Shown here one piece after another: positions 10,222 through 19,198 of a stretch of DNA of 43,842 bases (position 1 is its first letter; every line of letters begins with the position of its first letter). This stretch comes from Bacillota bacterium (GTDB taxonomy: Bacteria > Bacillota > Clostridia > Oscillospirales > Acutalibacteraceae). The stretch is from NCBI GenBank assembly GCA_029780875.1, contig JAKOXU010000053.1, forward strand, positions 1-43,842, given 5' to 3'. The notes beneath the pieces are model-generated. The model worked only from the letters and a program-made list of their open reading frames with translations. It had not been told where the DNA came from and did not search any database. Both the position numbers and the translations under genes were made by a program.

Positions 10222-11889
10222 ATGCTGACAGACATTGAAATTGCTCAAAAAGCCAAGATGCTGCCCATTGGGGAGGTCGCAAGGGAATTGGACATCATCC
10301 CCGATGAGCTGGAGTTTTATGGGAAGTATAAGGCAAAGTTGAGTGAGAGCCTTTTTGAACGGGTAAAGGATAATAAGGACGGAAAATTGATTTTAGTTAC
10401 GGCCATTAACCCCACTCCGGCGGGAGAAGGCAAGACTACAACCACTATCGGGTTGGGGCAGGCCATGAAGCTGATTGGGAAAAAGGCTGTGGTGGCGCTA
10501 AGGGAGCCTTCTTTAGGGCCGGTGTTCGGAGTTAAGGGTGGGGCTACCGGCGGCGGGTATGCGCAGGTTCTGCCCATGGAGGATATAAACCTGCATTTTA
10601 CCGGCGACATGCACGCAATAACGAGTGCCAACAACCTTTTGTGCGCCATGCTGGACAACCATATCCATCAGGGTAACAGGCTGTCTATTGATACCCGCAG
10701 GATACTGATAAAGCGGTGCCTTGACATGAACGACAGGGCCTTGAGAAATATTGTCGTGGGCCTTGGCGGCAAGGCGAACGGCGTGCCCCGGGAAGACGGT
10801 TTTATCATTACTGTTGCAAGTGAAATTATGGCTATACTGTGCCTTTGCTCCGATATGGAGGATTTGACCCGAAGGCTTGGGGATATTGTTGTGGCCTACA
10901 CCACTGACAACAATGTTGTAAGGGCAAGGGATTTGGGTGCCCATGGCGCCATGGCGGCGCTGCTTAAAGAAGCAATAAAGCCGAACCTTATACAGACCCT
11001 TGAGGGGACTCCGGCATTGATGCACGGAGGGCCCTTTGCCAATATTGCTCACGGCTGCAATTCCGTGAGGGCTACAAAGCTGGGGCTAAAGCTGTCCGAT
11101 TACTGCATCACCGAGGCGGGGTTCGGCTCCGATCTTGGGGCGGAGAAGTTTTTTGACATAAAGTGCAGGCTAAATGGACTTGTTCCCGCTGCCGTTGTTA
11201 TAGTGGCCACAATCCGCGCCCTTAAATACTACGGCGGGGTAAAGCGGGATATGCTGGCAGTCGAAAACCTTGAGGCTTTGGAGCGGGGTATAGAAAATCT
11301 CGGCGCCCATATTGACAATATGAAGAAGTACGGCATTCCCGTGGTGGTGGCACTCAACCGCTTTGGCACCGACAGTGACGCGGAAATTGAGTTTGTACGG
11401 CGCTACTGTAATGAGAGGGACGCTATTATTGCTTTGTCGGAAGTATTTGAAAAGGGCGGCAGGGGCGGCCTTGAGCTGGCGGAAATGGTGTGCAGGGCCG
11501 CGGAAATGCCGGGCAATTTTGCTCCGATTTATCCCCTTGATATGGGGATCAAGGAAAAGATACAGACAATTGCAAAGGAGATTTACGGCGCCGACGGTGT
11601 GGATTTTGCACCAGCCGCTCTCAAGGCCATTGAGGAAATCGAGGCGCTGGGGGCGGGCAATATGCCTGTGTGCATAGCGAAAACACAGTATTCATTGTCG
11701 GACAACCCTGCTCTCCTTGGCAGGCCGCGGGGCTTTAAAATTTCGGTAAATGAAGTGAGGCTATCGGCTGGCGCAGGTTTTGTTGTTGTTCTCACAGGCA
11801 ATATCATGACTATGCCGGGTCTGCCTCCGTCGCCTGCTGCGGAAAAGATTTATGTGGACAGTGAGGGCAATATCAAGGGGTTGTTCTAA
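10222..11889 (+). CDS. fhs: formate--tetrahydrofolate ligase
   Basis: Contains [28 protein letters not shown] and [19 protein letters not shown] prefer the ATG at 10222 (GGGAGAG SD) over the ORF-track start at 10201. Confidence 0.95.
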   Translation: MLTDIEIAQKAKMLPIGEVARELDIIPDELEFYGKYKAKLSESLFERVKDNKDGKLILVTAINPTPAGEGKTTTTIGLGQAMKLIGKKAVVALREPSLGPVFGVKGGATGGGYAQVLPMEDINLHFTGDMHAITSANNLLCAMLDNHIHQGNRLSIDTRRILIKRCLDMNDRALRNIVVGLGGKANGVPREDGFIITVASEIMAILCLCSDMEDLTRRLGDIVVAYTTDNNVVRARDLGAHGAMAALLKEAIKPNLIQTLEGTPALMHGGPFANIAHGCNSVRATKLGLKLSDYCITEAGFGSDLGAEKFFDIKCRLNGLVPAAVVIVATIRALKYYGGVKRDMLAVENLEALERGIENLGAHIDNMKKYGIPVVVALNRFGTDSDAEIEFVRRYCNERDAIIALSEVFEKGGRGGLELAEMVCRAAEMPGNFAPIYPLDMGIKEKIQTIAKEIYGADGVDFAPAALKAIEEIEALGAGNMPVCIAKTQYSLSDNPALLGRPRGFKISVNEVRLSAGAGFVVVLTGNIMTMPGLPPSPAAEKIYVDSEGNIKGLF

Positions 11890-11910
11890 TATTAGATTTG
11901 GTGAGTTGCC

Positions 11911-12348
11911 ATGTATTCAATGCTGATTAAAACTTATTCCCCTGAAGAAACCGAAAAGGCGGGGGAGTCACTGGGTTCCACCTTAAAGGCGGGGGATGTG
12001 GTTGCTCTTTACGGCGGGCTCGGAATGGGCAAGACCTGCTTTGTAAGGGGGCTGGCAAAGGGGCTCGGAATTGAAGCCGAGGTGTCTTCCCCTACCTTTG
12101 CCCTTGTAAATGAGTATGAGGGTAAAGTTATGACCCTTTACCACTTTGATATGTATAGGGTGGGAAGCTTTGACGATTTGTACTCCACCGGTTTTTTCGA
12201 TTATTTGGATTCCGGAGCCGTAATGGCTATTGAGTGGAGCGAAAATGTGGAAGAAGCGCTTCCCGATGAGGTTATCATCGTGAAAATCAGCAGGGGACAG
12301 TCGGAAAACGAAAGGGTTATTGAAATATCGGGAGGAGCTGTAAAGTGA
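11911..12348 (+). CDS. tsaE: tRNA t6A biosynthesis ATPase TsaE
   Basis: 145 aa with GGLGMGKT and SPTFALVNEY...HFDMYR motifs. Confidence 0.9.
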   Translation: MYSMLIKTYSPEETEKAGESLGSTLKAGDVVALYGGLGMGKTCFVRGLAKGLGIEAEVSSPTFALVNEYEGKVMTLYHFDMYRVGSFDDLYSTGFFDYLDSGAVMAIEWSENVEEALPDEVIIVKISRGQSENERVIEISGGAVK

Positions 12349-13049
12349 AAGTACTTGCCATCGATTGCTCGGCAAAGGCGGCGTCGGTTGCTGTTATGGA
12401 GGAAGGTTCCCTTTTGTGCGAAGGTTTTGTCAACACCAAAATCACTCACAGCCAGACCTTGATGCCCATGATGAAGGCTATGCTGGATAGCGCCAAAATT
12501 TCCCTTGATGACATTGACCTGCTGGCGGTGTCAAAAGGGCCCGGCTCATTTACCGGTGTGAGGATAGGAATTGCGGCGGTAAAGGGGATTGCCCATGCTA
12601 AGGAGCTGCCATGTGTGGGGGTTTCGACCCTCCTTTCCATGGCTATGAATATTGATGAAAGCGACCGGGTTTTGTGCTGCGCTATGGATGCCCGGTGCTC
12701 GCAGGTTTACAACGCCCTCTTTGAGGCTAAAGGAGGGGAAATCACTCGCTTGTGCCAGGACAGGGTTTTGACGGTGAGTGAGTTGGCACAGGAGCTTGCC
12801 GCAAAAAAAGCCCCCGTTTTGCTATTGGGGGACGGAGCCCGTATATGCTATGACAGTTTTAAGTGTGCAGGCATTGATCTAAAGCTCGCTCCCGAAAACC
12901 TTTTATACCAGCGGGCGTATGGTGTGGCAAAGGCGGCTTTAGACGATTATAAAAAGGGGATTTACTGTTCGGCAAGGGAACTTGCGCCTTTATATTTGAG
13001 ACGCCCTCAAGCCGAACGGGAGCTAAATAGTCGATGCGGTAAACAATAA
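12345..13049 (+). CDS. tsaB: tRNA t6A biosynthesis protein TsaB
   Basis: MKVLAIDCS...GPGSFTGVRIG. The GTG start overlaps the tsaE stop by 4 nt and follows a GGGAGGAG SD. Confidence 0.85.
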   Translation: MKVLAIDCSAKAASVAVMEEGSLLCEGFVNTKITHSQTLMPMMKAMLDSAKISLDDIDLLAVSKGPGSFTGVRIGIAAVKGIAHAKELPCVGVSTLLSMAMNIDESDRVLCCAMDARCSQVYNALFEAKGGEITRLCQDRVLTVSELAQELAAKKAPVLLLGDGARICYDSFKCAGIDLKLAPENLLYQRAYGVAKAALDDYKKGIYCSARELAPLYLRRPQAERELNSRCGKQ

Positions 13050-13091
13050 GGCTCATATTAAAGGAATTAGAAAGTGAAGAATGACAAAAAA

Positions 13092-13124
13092 CAAACATAC
13101 CCCTCTTTAAAAGGGGTATGTTTG
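13092..13124. terminator. bidirectional intrinsic terminator
   Basis: CAAACATACCCCT (13092-13104) pairs with AGGGGTATGTTTG (13112-13124). It has A-rich and T-rich flanks and lies between the convergent tsaB and hypothetical genes. Confidence 0.75.
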
Positions 13125-13158
13125 GTGATTTTTGCGTCAAATTATGTCGTCAATGATG

Positions 13159-13890
13159 TCAAGCGTCCCTGTTGTCGATGTAAAATGTCATTGATTGAAG
13201 TTCATCTGATGTAATTATGCGGATTGTCGTGCTTTGGTTTGTCTCAAAGTTGTATTTTATCAGCGTGTATTGCTCTTTTGTAAGATCGCTAAGTCCCTCA
13301 GCGATGAAGGCGGTTGTGCTGTCAAGCCAAGCGACAATGTCTCTGTACTTTTCTTCGGGGATTTCAAAGATTCTGCCGGTGAAAATGTTTAGGCTGTATA
13401 TTTTGAAGTCTCCTGAACGGGTGGTGTAGAAAATGACATTCTCCTTGTCGGGCAGGACTTCCAAAATGTCTGCCCAAATTACTCCGTAGATGTTGTCGGA
13501 TTCTGATTTAGACGGGTCGGGTGCGCCGAAAACAGGGTCGATTTTTCCGGTGTTTAAATCAATGAGCACTGCGTTTGCCTCTTCATAGAGGCTGACAAGT
13601 ACTTTGTTGTCATTTAGTTCAAAAACAGTGCCGTAGTTTTCCCCTTCGGCTAGAGTGTATTCGGTAGAGCCGCTCAGTGAGGTTTTGGTTAGCATTAGGT
13701 CAATGTTGTGGTTGTTATAGGTAAAGCTGAAGGTTTGTGTGTTGGTGCCGACTGGAAAACCATCGGAATTTGATGGGGCTGTCTGCGGGTTTGCGGGCGT
13801 GAGCAGTTTCCAGTAGAGAAATACTGTTAAGATGAGCAATGCAAGGCTGAAAGTAGTAAACGCTTTCAGATTTATAACCTTGTTTTTCAT
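13159..13890 (-). CDS. hypothetical N-terminally anchored or secreted protein
   Basis: 243-aa ORF with one N-terminal hydrophobic segment (FTTFSLALLILTVFLYW) and a beta-rich remainder. I recognise no family. It has its own promoter-like element and a terminator. Confidence 0.6.
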   Translation of the reverse strand: MKNKVINLKAFTTFSLALLILTVFLYWKLLTPANPQTAPSNSDGFPVGTNTQTFSFTYNNHNIDLMLTKTSLSGSTEYTLAEGENYGTVFELNDNKVLVSLYEEANAVLIDLNTGKIDPVFGAPDPSKSESDNIYGVIWADILEVLPDKENVIFYTTRSGDFKIYSLNIFTGRIFEIPEEKYRDIVAWLDSTTAFIAEGLSDLTKEQYTLIKYNFETNQSTTIRIITSDELQSMTFYIDNRDA

Positions 13891-13923
13891 GTGCCCGCGC
13901 CCCTATCAAGTACTTTCGACTCT

Positions 13924-13951
13924 ATTATATTACTTTAAATTTGTCTTGCAA
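13924..13951 (-). promoter_or_regulatory. sigma-A-like promoter of the 13159-13890 gene
   Basis: On the minus strand, TTGCAA is at 13951-13946 and TATAAT at 13929-13924, with a 16-nt spacer. Confidence 0.5.
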
Positions 13952-13955
13952 CATG

Positions 13956-14025
13956 TGTAACAAGATTGTAACCATTTTTTGCAATATTGTAATAATTTGT
14001 AACCTTTTAGTAACAAAAATGTAAC
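13956..14025 (-). repeat. phased array of six (G)GTTACA-like direct repeats
   Basis: Plus-strand TGTAAC/TGTAAT/AGTAAC copies start at 13956, 13967, 13988, 13998, 14009 and 14020, giving spacings of 11, 21, 10, 11 and 11 nt. One inverted copy is at 14042-14047. Confidence 0.7.
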
Positions 14026-14050
14026 CTTTACTCGAGAAAAGGTTACATTT
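14010..14050 (-). terminator. intrinsic terminator of the lipoprotein gene
   Basis: 13-bp arms AAATGTAACCTTT (14017-14029) and AAAGGTTACATTT (14038-14050) flank a CTCGAG centre. On the minus strand the hairpin is followed by TTTTTGTT. Confidence 0.7.
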
Positions 14051-14093
14051 TAATTGCAATTTAGTTTTTTAGGCGGCGCGGAAACCGGACTTA

Positions 14094-15011
14094 TTATCTT
14101 GACTTAGCTTTTTTTCTTATTGCCTTGAATACGAAGAAGGCTATCAAGAGCAAGATAAGGGCCGGTATGACATATAATGCGGCAAAGGCTGCCCGCACAA
14201 GGTAGTATAGGATGTTTTTGTCGGGGTAGGCGTTAGGGTATTCTTTTTCAATTTCAGCCAAGACTTCAAGGAAGTCGTAAAGTGGCATTAATTTACCGTT
14301 TTCCACCGGTTTTTCCGTTTCAAGATAGAGGTAAGGTATGGCGAACTCGCCCTTGTCGGAGTTGAGGTAAATAAAGTCGGAAAAGGCGCCGTCGGCATAT
14401 CCGGTGACATATTTTATGTCTTTCAGGGCTGTGATACCGGAGTCTTTAAGGAGTTTTGCGAGCTTTTCTTTATCTACGATGTATTCGAGAGACTGCATGT
14501 GGCCTATGTCGTCGATGGTGGTGCTGATGTTATATTCGGTTGAGGTGGGGTCAGTCTTTATGTCTTCCTTATAGTTTGTGTTTTTGTATATAGTTGTGGC
14601 GCCTACGGGTTTGCCCTGGTACATGATGGGGACAATAAGGCATAGGGCTTTTTCGTTGCCAAAAATTTTTGAAGGGGATTTGACCTTGAGCCAGTGAGTG
14701 GCAAACCCAGTTTTTACGCTGCTGTAGTATGCGGAATAAAGCCGGTAGGCGTAAAGGGCAAGGGATTTTTCATGTTCCGCTATGGCGCCTTGAGGAAATA
14801 TTTCTTCTTCAAAGCCGTATTCGTCAAGGTGGACAGGGGAATTTACGCTTTCGCTTGTTTCCATTTCGGTTTTTAGGCTTTGCCTGTCCTCATTTGTGAC
14901 TGTAAACTCTTGATTTATTGCTTCCGAAATGGGGACGGCTTTTTCGCCTCCGCATGAGGAGAAGAGCAGCAAAATGCAGGCCAGCAGCAGTACGAGTTTT
15001 TTTGTCTTCAT
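14094..15011 (-). CDS. hypothetical lipoprotein with C-terminal transmembrane anchor
   Basis: Has a signal peptide with a lipobox (LLLFSSC), plus a C-terminal hydrophobic segment and a basic tail (FFVFKAIRKKAKSR). It starts 13 nt after the pseudouridine synthase stop, so it is probably co-transcribed. Confidence 0.7.
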   Translation of the reverse strand: MKTKKLVLLLACILLLFSSCGGEKAVPISEAINQEFTVTNEDRQSLKTEMETSESVNSPVHLDEYGFEEEIFPQGAIAEHEKSLALYAYRLYSAYYSSVKTGFATHWLKVKSPSKIFGNEKALCLIVPIMYQGKPVGATTIYKNTNYKEDIKTDPTSTEYNISTTIDDIGHMQSLEYIVDKEKLAKLLKDSGITALKDIKYVTGYADGAFSDFIYLNSDKGEFAIPYLYLETEKPVENGKLMPLYDFLEVLAEIEKEYPNAYPDKNILYYLVRAAFAALYVIPALILLLIAFFVFKAIRKKAKSR

Positions 15012-15023
15012 TTTTTCAACCTC

Positions 15024-16001
15024 TTATAATTGATTTTCAAATAGCTTTCCCGATAAAAAGTCGCTTAAAAACCATACTTCTTTCGTTTCAAAGGTTTTGC
15101 CCTTTAAATAGTGAAGGCAGCCGGAATCAGAGGTAAAGTCGAACTCGATTTTATGGGAGACAAGGGCCTGGAATTTTGTCTTTGCCTTTTTGATTAGGTG
15201 CGGGGGAGAGTATTTTGTGTCGCCCACAATGGGATGTCCGATGGAGGACAGGTGTGCCCTGATTTGGTGAGTCCTGCCCGTTACAAGCTCGATTTCAATA
15301 AGGCTAGAGCCGCTTTTTTCTTCGACTACGCGGTAAATGGTCCGGGAATATTTTGCCCCTTGGGTTTCCCCATCGCGCATATACATACGGTTCTGAGCTT
15401 TGTCTTTTGTAAGAAAACCTGAAATTTCGCCGGACTTATTATCGGGGCTGCCGAATACCGCGCAAAGGTAGTATTTTTTTATTTCACGGGAGCGCATCTT
15501 CTGGTTAAGGACCCGAAGGGAGTCGGCGTTTTTGGCTGCAATCACAAGTCCCGATGTGTTTCTGTCAAGCCTGTTTACAAGGGCGGGGGCAAAGGAGTTT
15601 TCCTTTTGTGGCTCATATTCCCCTTTTTTGTACAGGTAGTGGTGGAGCCTTGAAATCAGGGTGTCAATGTAATTGCCATTGTCGGAGTGGGATAAAAGCC
15701 CCAAAGGCTTGTCCAGTATTATTATATTGCCGTCTTCATATACTATATTCAAATCCAAAGGTGCTTTTAGAAAATCAAAGAGGTATTCGGGCTTTTCAAA
15801 GAATTCGTCGCTGATATACAGCTCGATTTTGTCGCCAACCTTGAGGCGCTCGTTGCCTTTGCAGCGCCTGCCATTTAATTTTATACGCTTCTGCCTAATA
15901 TATTTATATAGTAATGACTTAGGGATATTTGTCAAGGCTTTGGACAGGAATTTGTCAAGGCGCTGGTTTGCGTCGTTTTCCATAATGACAAGCTCTCTCA
16001 T
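15024..16001 (-). CDS. RluA-family 23S rRNA pseudouridine synthase (RluC/RluD-like)
   Basis: N-terminal S4-like domain (QRLDKFLSK...), catalytic NRLDRNTSGL, and TGRTHQIRAH. Confidence 0.9.
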   Translation of the reverse strand: MRELVIMENDANQRLDKFLSKALTNIPKSLLYKYIRQKRIKLNGRRCKGNERLKVGDKIELYISDEFFEKPEYLFDFLKAPLDLNIVYEDGNIIILDKPLGLLSHSDNGNYIDTLISRLHHYLYKKGEYEPQKENSFAPALVNRLDRNTSGLVIAAKNADSLRVLNQKMRSREIKKYYLCAVFGSPDNKSGEISGFLTKDKAQNRMYMRDGETQGAKYSRTIYRVVEEKSGSSLIEIELVTGRTHQIRAHLSSIGHPIVGDTKYSPPHLIKKAKTKFQALVSHKIEFDFTSDSGCLHYLKGKTFETKEVWFLSDFLSGKLFENQL

Positions 16002-16170
16002 TTTTCCACCTCTGGAGCGAAAATTAGATTATTTCCAATATCTTTCTTATTAAGAAAAATTATTTTTACAAAATTAAGAAATCAAAAATATTTTAATGGA
16101 AGAGTTTAAAATATTATTCATTTTTAAGGGCTTTAGCGTCAATAATTCTTTGTTTTTGCTTGATTTTCGC

Positions 16171-16199
16171 TTGCTATATACGCAATTATGCGATATAAT
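16171..16199 (+). promoter_or_regulatory. sigma-A-like promoter upstream of mreB
   Basis: TTGCTA (16171-16176), a 17-nt spacer, then TATAAT (16194-16199). Confidence 0.5.
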
Positions 16200-16234
16200 T
16201 TTATTGTAAATATACTTGCAATTTTTTCTTTGGA

Positions 16235-17260
16235 ATGGCGTGTCTAAAACAAAAGATTGGAAGTGATCGGATGCCGGGAGCTACAATTGGACTGGATTTA
16301 GGCACTTCAACGGTACTGGTGTATATGGCGGGAAAGGGAATTGTCCTTCGAGAGCCTTCTGTGGTTGCCTTTGATGTTGAGACCGGTGAGATTGTTAGCA
16401 TTGGATATGAAGCTTTTAAAATGCTTGGGAGGACTTCCAGTCGGATTGTAGTTACGCATCCCCTTGAAAACGGTGTGGTTGCCGATTTTGAACTGACCCG
16501 TGAAATGATCCGTTATTTCCTGCAAAAGGTTTGCGAGTATAAGGTTTTCAAGCCTAAAGTAATAATCAGCGTTCCCAATTATGTTACAATAGTTGAAAAG
16601 CGGGCTGTGGCTGACGCCGCCAAGGAAGCCGGTGCCCGCAAGACTTATGTGATTGAAGAGGCTTTGGCTGCGGCAATCGGTGCTGGGGTTGATATTAGCG
16701 CTCCCCACGGGTGTTGTGTTGTGGATGTCGGGGGAGGCACTACCGATATAGGCATAATTTCCCTCAACGGGATTGCGGTTTCATCCTCCATTAAAGTGGC
16801 GGGAAATACCTTTGATGATGAAATTATAAGGTATTTAAGGTCAAAACACAATGTGCTGGTGGGAGAGAGAACCGCGGAAAAAATCAAGACGGAAATTGGA
16901 AGTTTAGTACCATTGGATACCGAGCTAAAGACTGTGGCAAAGGGCAGAAACCTTTTGACAGGGCTGCCCCAATCGGTTGAAGTGTCTTCAACCGAATTAT
17001 TGGAGCCATTGCGGGCTGTGGCCATGCAGATTGTGGAGGCTATAAAGGATGTCTTGGAGCAGGCTACCCCAGAGCTCATATGCGACTTGTTTGAGGACGG
17101 CTTGGTGCTGACGGGTGGAGGTTCATTAATTAAAGGGATGCCGGAACTTATTCTTCAGGAAACCGGGGTGTCCGTCAGAGTTCCCGAAGACCCGGTGGCG
17201 TGTGTTGTGAAGGGTACGGGAATGGCGCTAAAATACGCCGACCTGTTGTTTGAAGAATAA
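16235..17260 (+). CDS. mreB: rod shape-determining actin homologue MreB/Mbl
   Basis: Contains IGLDLGTSTVLVY, PLENGVVADF, VVDVGGGTTD and LTGGGSL. The true start may be the ATG at 16271. There is no mreC or mreD downstream. Confidence 0.9.
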   Translation: MACLKQKIGSDRMPGATIGLDLGTSTVLVYMAGKGIVLREPSVVAFDVETGEIVSIGYEAFKMLGRTSSRIVVTHPLENGVVADFELTREMIRYFLQKVCEYKVFKPKVIISVPNYVTIVEKRAVADAAKEAGARKTYVIEEALAAAIGAGVDISAPHGCCVVDVGGGTTDIGIISLNGIAVSSSIKVAGNTFDDEIIRYLRSKHNVLVGERTAEKIKTEIGSLVPLDTELKTVAKGRNLLTGLPQSVEVSSTELLEPLRAVAMQIVEAIKDVLEQATPELICDLFEDGLVLTGGGSLIKGMPELILQETGVSVRVPEDPVACVVKGTGMALKYADLLFEE

Positions 17261-17263
17261 GTT

Positions 17264-17292
17264 CAATCCCCGCAGGTTGACTGTGGGGATTG
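17264..17292. terminator. bidirectional intrinsic terminator between mreB and murC
   Basis: CAATCCCCGCAG (17264-17275) pairs with CTGTGGGGATTG (17281-17292), with one G-U pair. Confidence 0.7.
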
Positions 17293-17299
17293 GCTTAAA

Positions 17300-18685
17300 T
17301 TAAGAGGTTTTTTCTTTGAGCTTTTTCACCATGATTTTTGCGGCTTTGTAAATATCACCGCATCCGAGAGTGATGACGAGGTCGCCGCTTTGGGCGTTGT
17401 CAAGAATATAGTCGGAAATCTTTTCAAAGCTGTCAAACCAGACAGAGCCTTCTATTTTGTCCGCCAAGTCTTTTGTGTGGATGTTGTAGGTATTTGTTTC
17501 ACGAGCACCCATGATTTCCGATAGGACTACCCGGTCGGCAATTTTCAGCACCCTTGCAAACTCCTCAAGAAAAAGGGCAGTTCTTGAATAGGTGAAGGGT
17601 TGGAAAACCGCCCAGACTCTGTTGTACCCCATTTGCATGGCGGTATTAAGGGTTACTTCAAGTTCCTTCGGATGATGGGCATAGTCGTCGGCAATTGTGA
17701 TTCCCTTCAGTTTGCCCAGAATTTCAAATCTTCTGCCGGCGCCTCTGAAGTTTTTCATGGATTTGGCTATTTTGTCGAAGCTCACTCCATGCCGGAAGGC
17801 AGCGGCTGTCGCTGCCAAGGCGTTGTAAACATTGTGGATGCCAGGGATTGAAAGGGAGATGCGGCCAATCCTTTCTCCGTTATGCATTACATCGAATTCC
17901 GGAAAGCCATCTTCTCCCGTGGTAATATTGGCGGCGCGCCACTGGCAGCTACTGCCAAGGCCGAAAGATATAATTTCTTTTTTTGTACCGCTTACGGCTT
18001 TGAGGGTATTTTCATCGTCTTGGTTAATAATAAGAATGTCAGAGGTGTTTGATGCAAACCTTCTGAAGGAGGCGATAATGTTTTCCAAGGTGCCGAAATA
18101 ATCGAGATGGTCGGCGTCAATATTTAGAATTATTGATGTATTGGGGGAAAGCTTAAGGAAAGTATCTACGAATTCACAGGCTTCACAAACAAACAAATCG
18201 GAATTTCCAACTCTGCCATTGCCGTCGATGAGAGGCAGTTTCCCACCGATTACAGCAGACGGATCCAACCCGGCTTCGACAAAAATTTGTACCAGCATTG
18301 ATGTGACTGTGGTTTTTCCGTGAGTTCCGCTGACAGCGATTGTGTTATTATAATGTTGTGAAACAATGCCTAATAGTACAGCTCTGTCCATTATGGGAAT
18401 GCCCCTTTTGGCAGCTTCCGCAAGCTCCGCGTTGTCGGGTTTTACCGCGGCGGTATGCACCACAAGTTCTGCGTTATCTATGTTTTCAGCCTTGTGTCCC
18501 ATAAAGACCGGTATCCCGAGGGACTTTATCCTGTCAAGGGTGTCTCCTTCGTTTATGTCGGAGCCTGTAAGGCTATAACCTTTATGGTGCAGAATCTCGG
18601 CCAAGGGCGCCATGCCGGAGCCCCCGATGCCTACAAAGTGTATGCGCTTTACCTTGCCGAGAATATTATCAAAGTTTGTTGCCAT
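17300..18685 (-). CDS. murC: UDP-N-acetylmuramate--L-alanine ligase
   Basis: Contains HFVGIGGSGM, VSGTHGKTTVTSM and DDYAHHP motifs. 461 aa. Confidence 0.95.
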   Translation of the reverse strand: MATNFDNILGKVKRIHFVGIGGSGMAPLAEILHHKGYSLTGSDINEGDTLDRIKSLGIPVFMGHKAENIDNAELVVHTAAVKPDNAELAEAAKRGIPIMDRAVLLGIVSQHYNNTIAVSGTHGKTTVTSMLVQIFVEAGLDPSAVIGGKLPLIDGNGRVGNSDLFVCEACEFVDTFLKLSPNTSIILNIDADHLDYFGTLENIIASFRRFASNTSDILIINQDDENTLKAVSGTKKEIISFGLGSSCQWRAANITTGEDGFPEFDVMHNGERIGRISLSIPGIHNVYNALAATAAAFRHGVSFDKIAKSMKNFRGAGRRFEILGKLKGITIADDYAHHPKELEVTLNTAMQMGYNRVWAVFQPFTYSRTALFLEEFARVLKIADRVVLSEIMGARETNTYNIHTKDLADKIEGSVWFDSFEKISDYILDNAQSGDLVITLGCGDIYKAAKIMVKKLKEKTS

Positions 18686-18859
18686 TGTTTCACTCCTATT
18701 CTTTTGATGAGCACATCTATATTATATTGCCTATCAAGGGAAAAATAAACACTTTTTTTAATATAGGCTGCAGGCGACAAGTTAGCGTCAGATAATTGTT
18801 CCATGCTCTTGCATAAGTTTTTAGCTGATGATTATAATAATTACCAAGGAGGCATATTT

Positions 18860-19126
18860 ATGAACATTACCGAAGTCAAAATCAGGCACATTTATCCAGA
18901 AGGAAGGTTGCGTGCGATTGTATCAATGACAATTGACAATGAGTTTGTAGTTCATGATATAAAGATAATCGAGGGTCCCGAGAGGGTCTTTGTGGCTATG
19001 CCCAGCCGCAAAGAGGCCGACGGAACTTATAGGGATATCGCGCATCCCATAAACGCCGAGGTCCGCAAAGAGTTAGAGGATATGATTATCGCCGAGTACA
19101 CCAGAGTTATTAAGAGTATGGAATAA
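18860..19126 (+). CDS. spoVG: septation/sporulation regulator SpoVG
   Basis: [12 protein letters not shown]...[11 protein letters not shown]...FVAMPSRK...[10 protein letters not shown] prefer the ATG at 18860, which lies 8 nt after AAGGAGG. Confidence 0.9.
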   Translation: MNITEVKIRHIYPEGRLRAIVSMTIDNEFVVHDIKIIEGPERVFVAMPSRKEADGTYRDIAHPINAEVRKELEDMIIAEYTRVIKSME

Positions 19127-19198
19127 CGACTGATGCCAAAGGGTTCGACAAAATTTGACAGCACTTTTTTGGGGTGCGGTAGCCTGCAAGGTGAGGAC

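Noticed and set aside
10513-11052. 179-aa minus-strand ORF inside fhs
   Set aside because: It is antisense to a highly conserved enzyme gene, so it is a shadow ORF.
14030-14037. CTCGAG palindrome at the centre of a 34-nt near-perfect palindrome
   Set aside because: It is simply the loop or apex of the lipoprotein gene terminator and has no independent significance.
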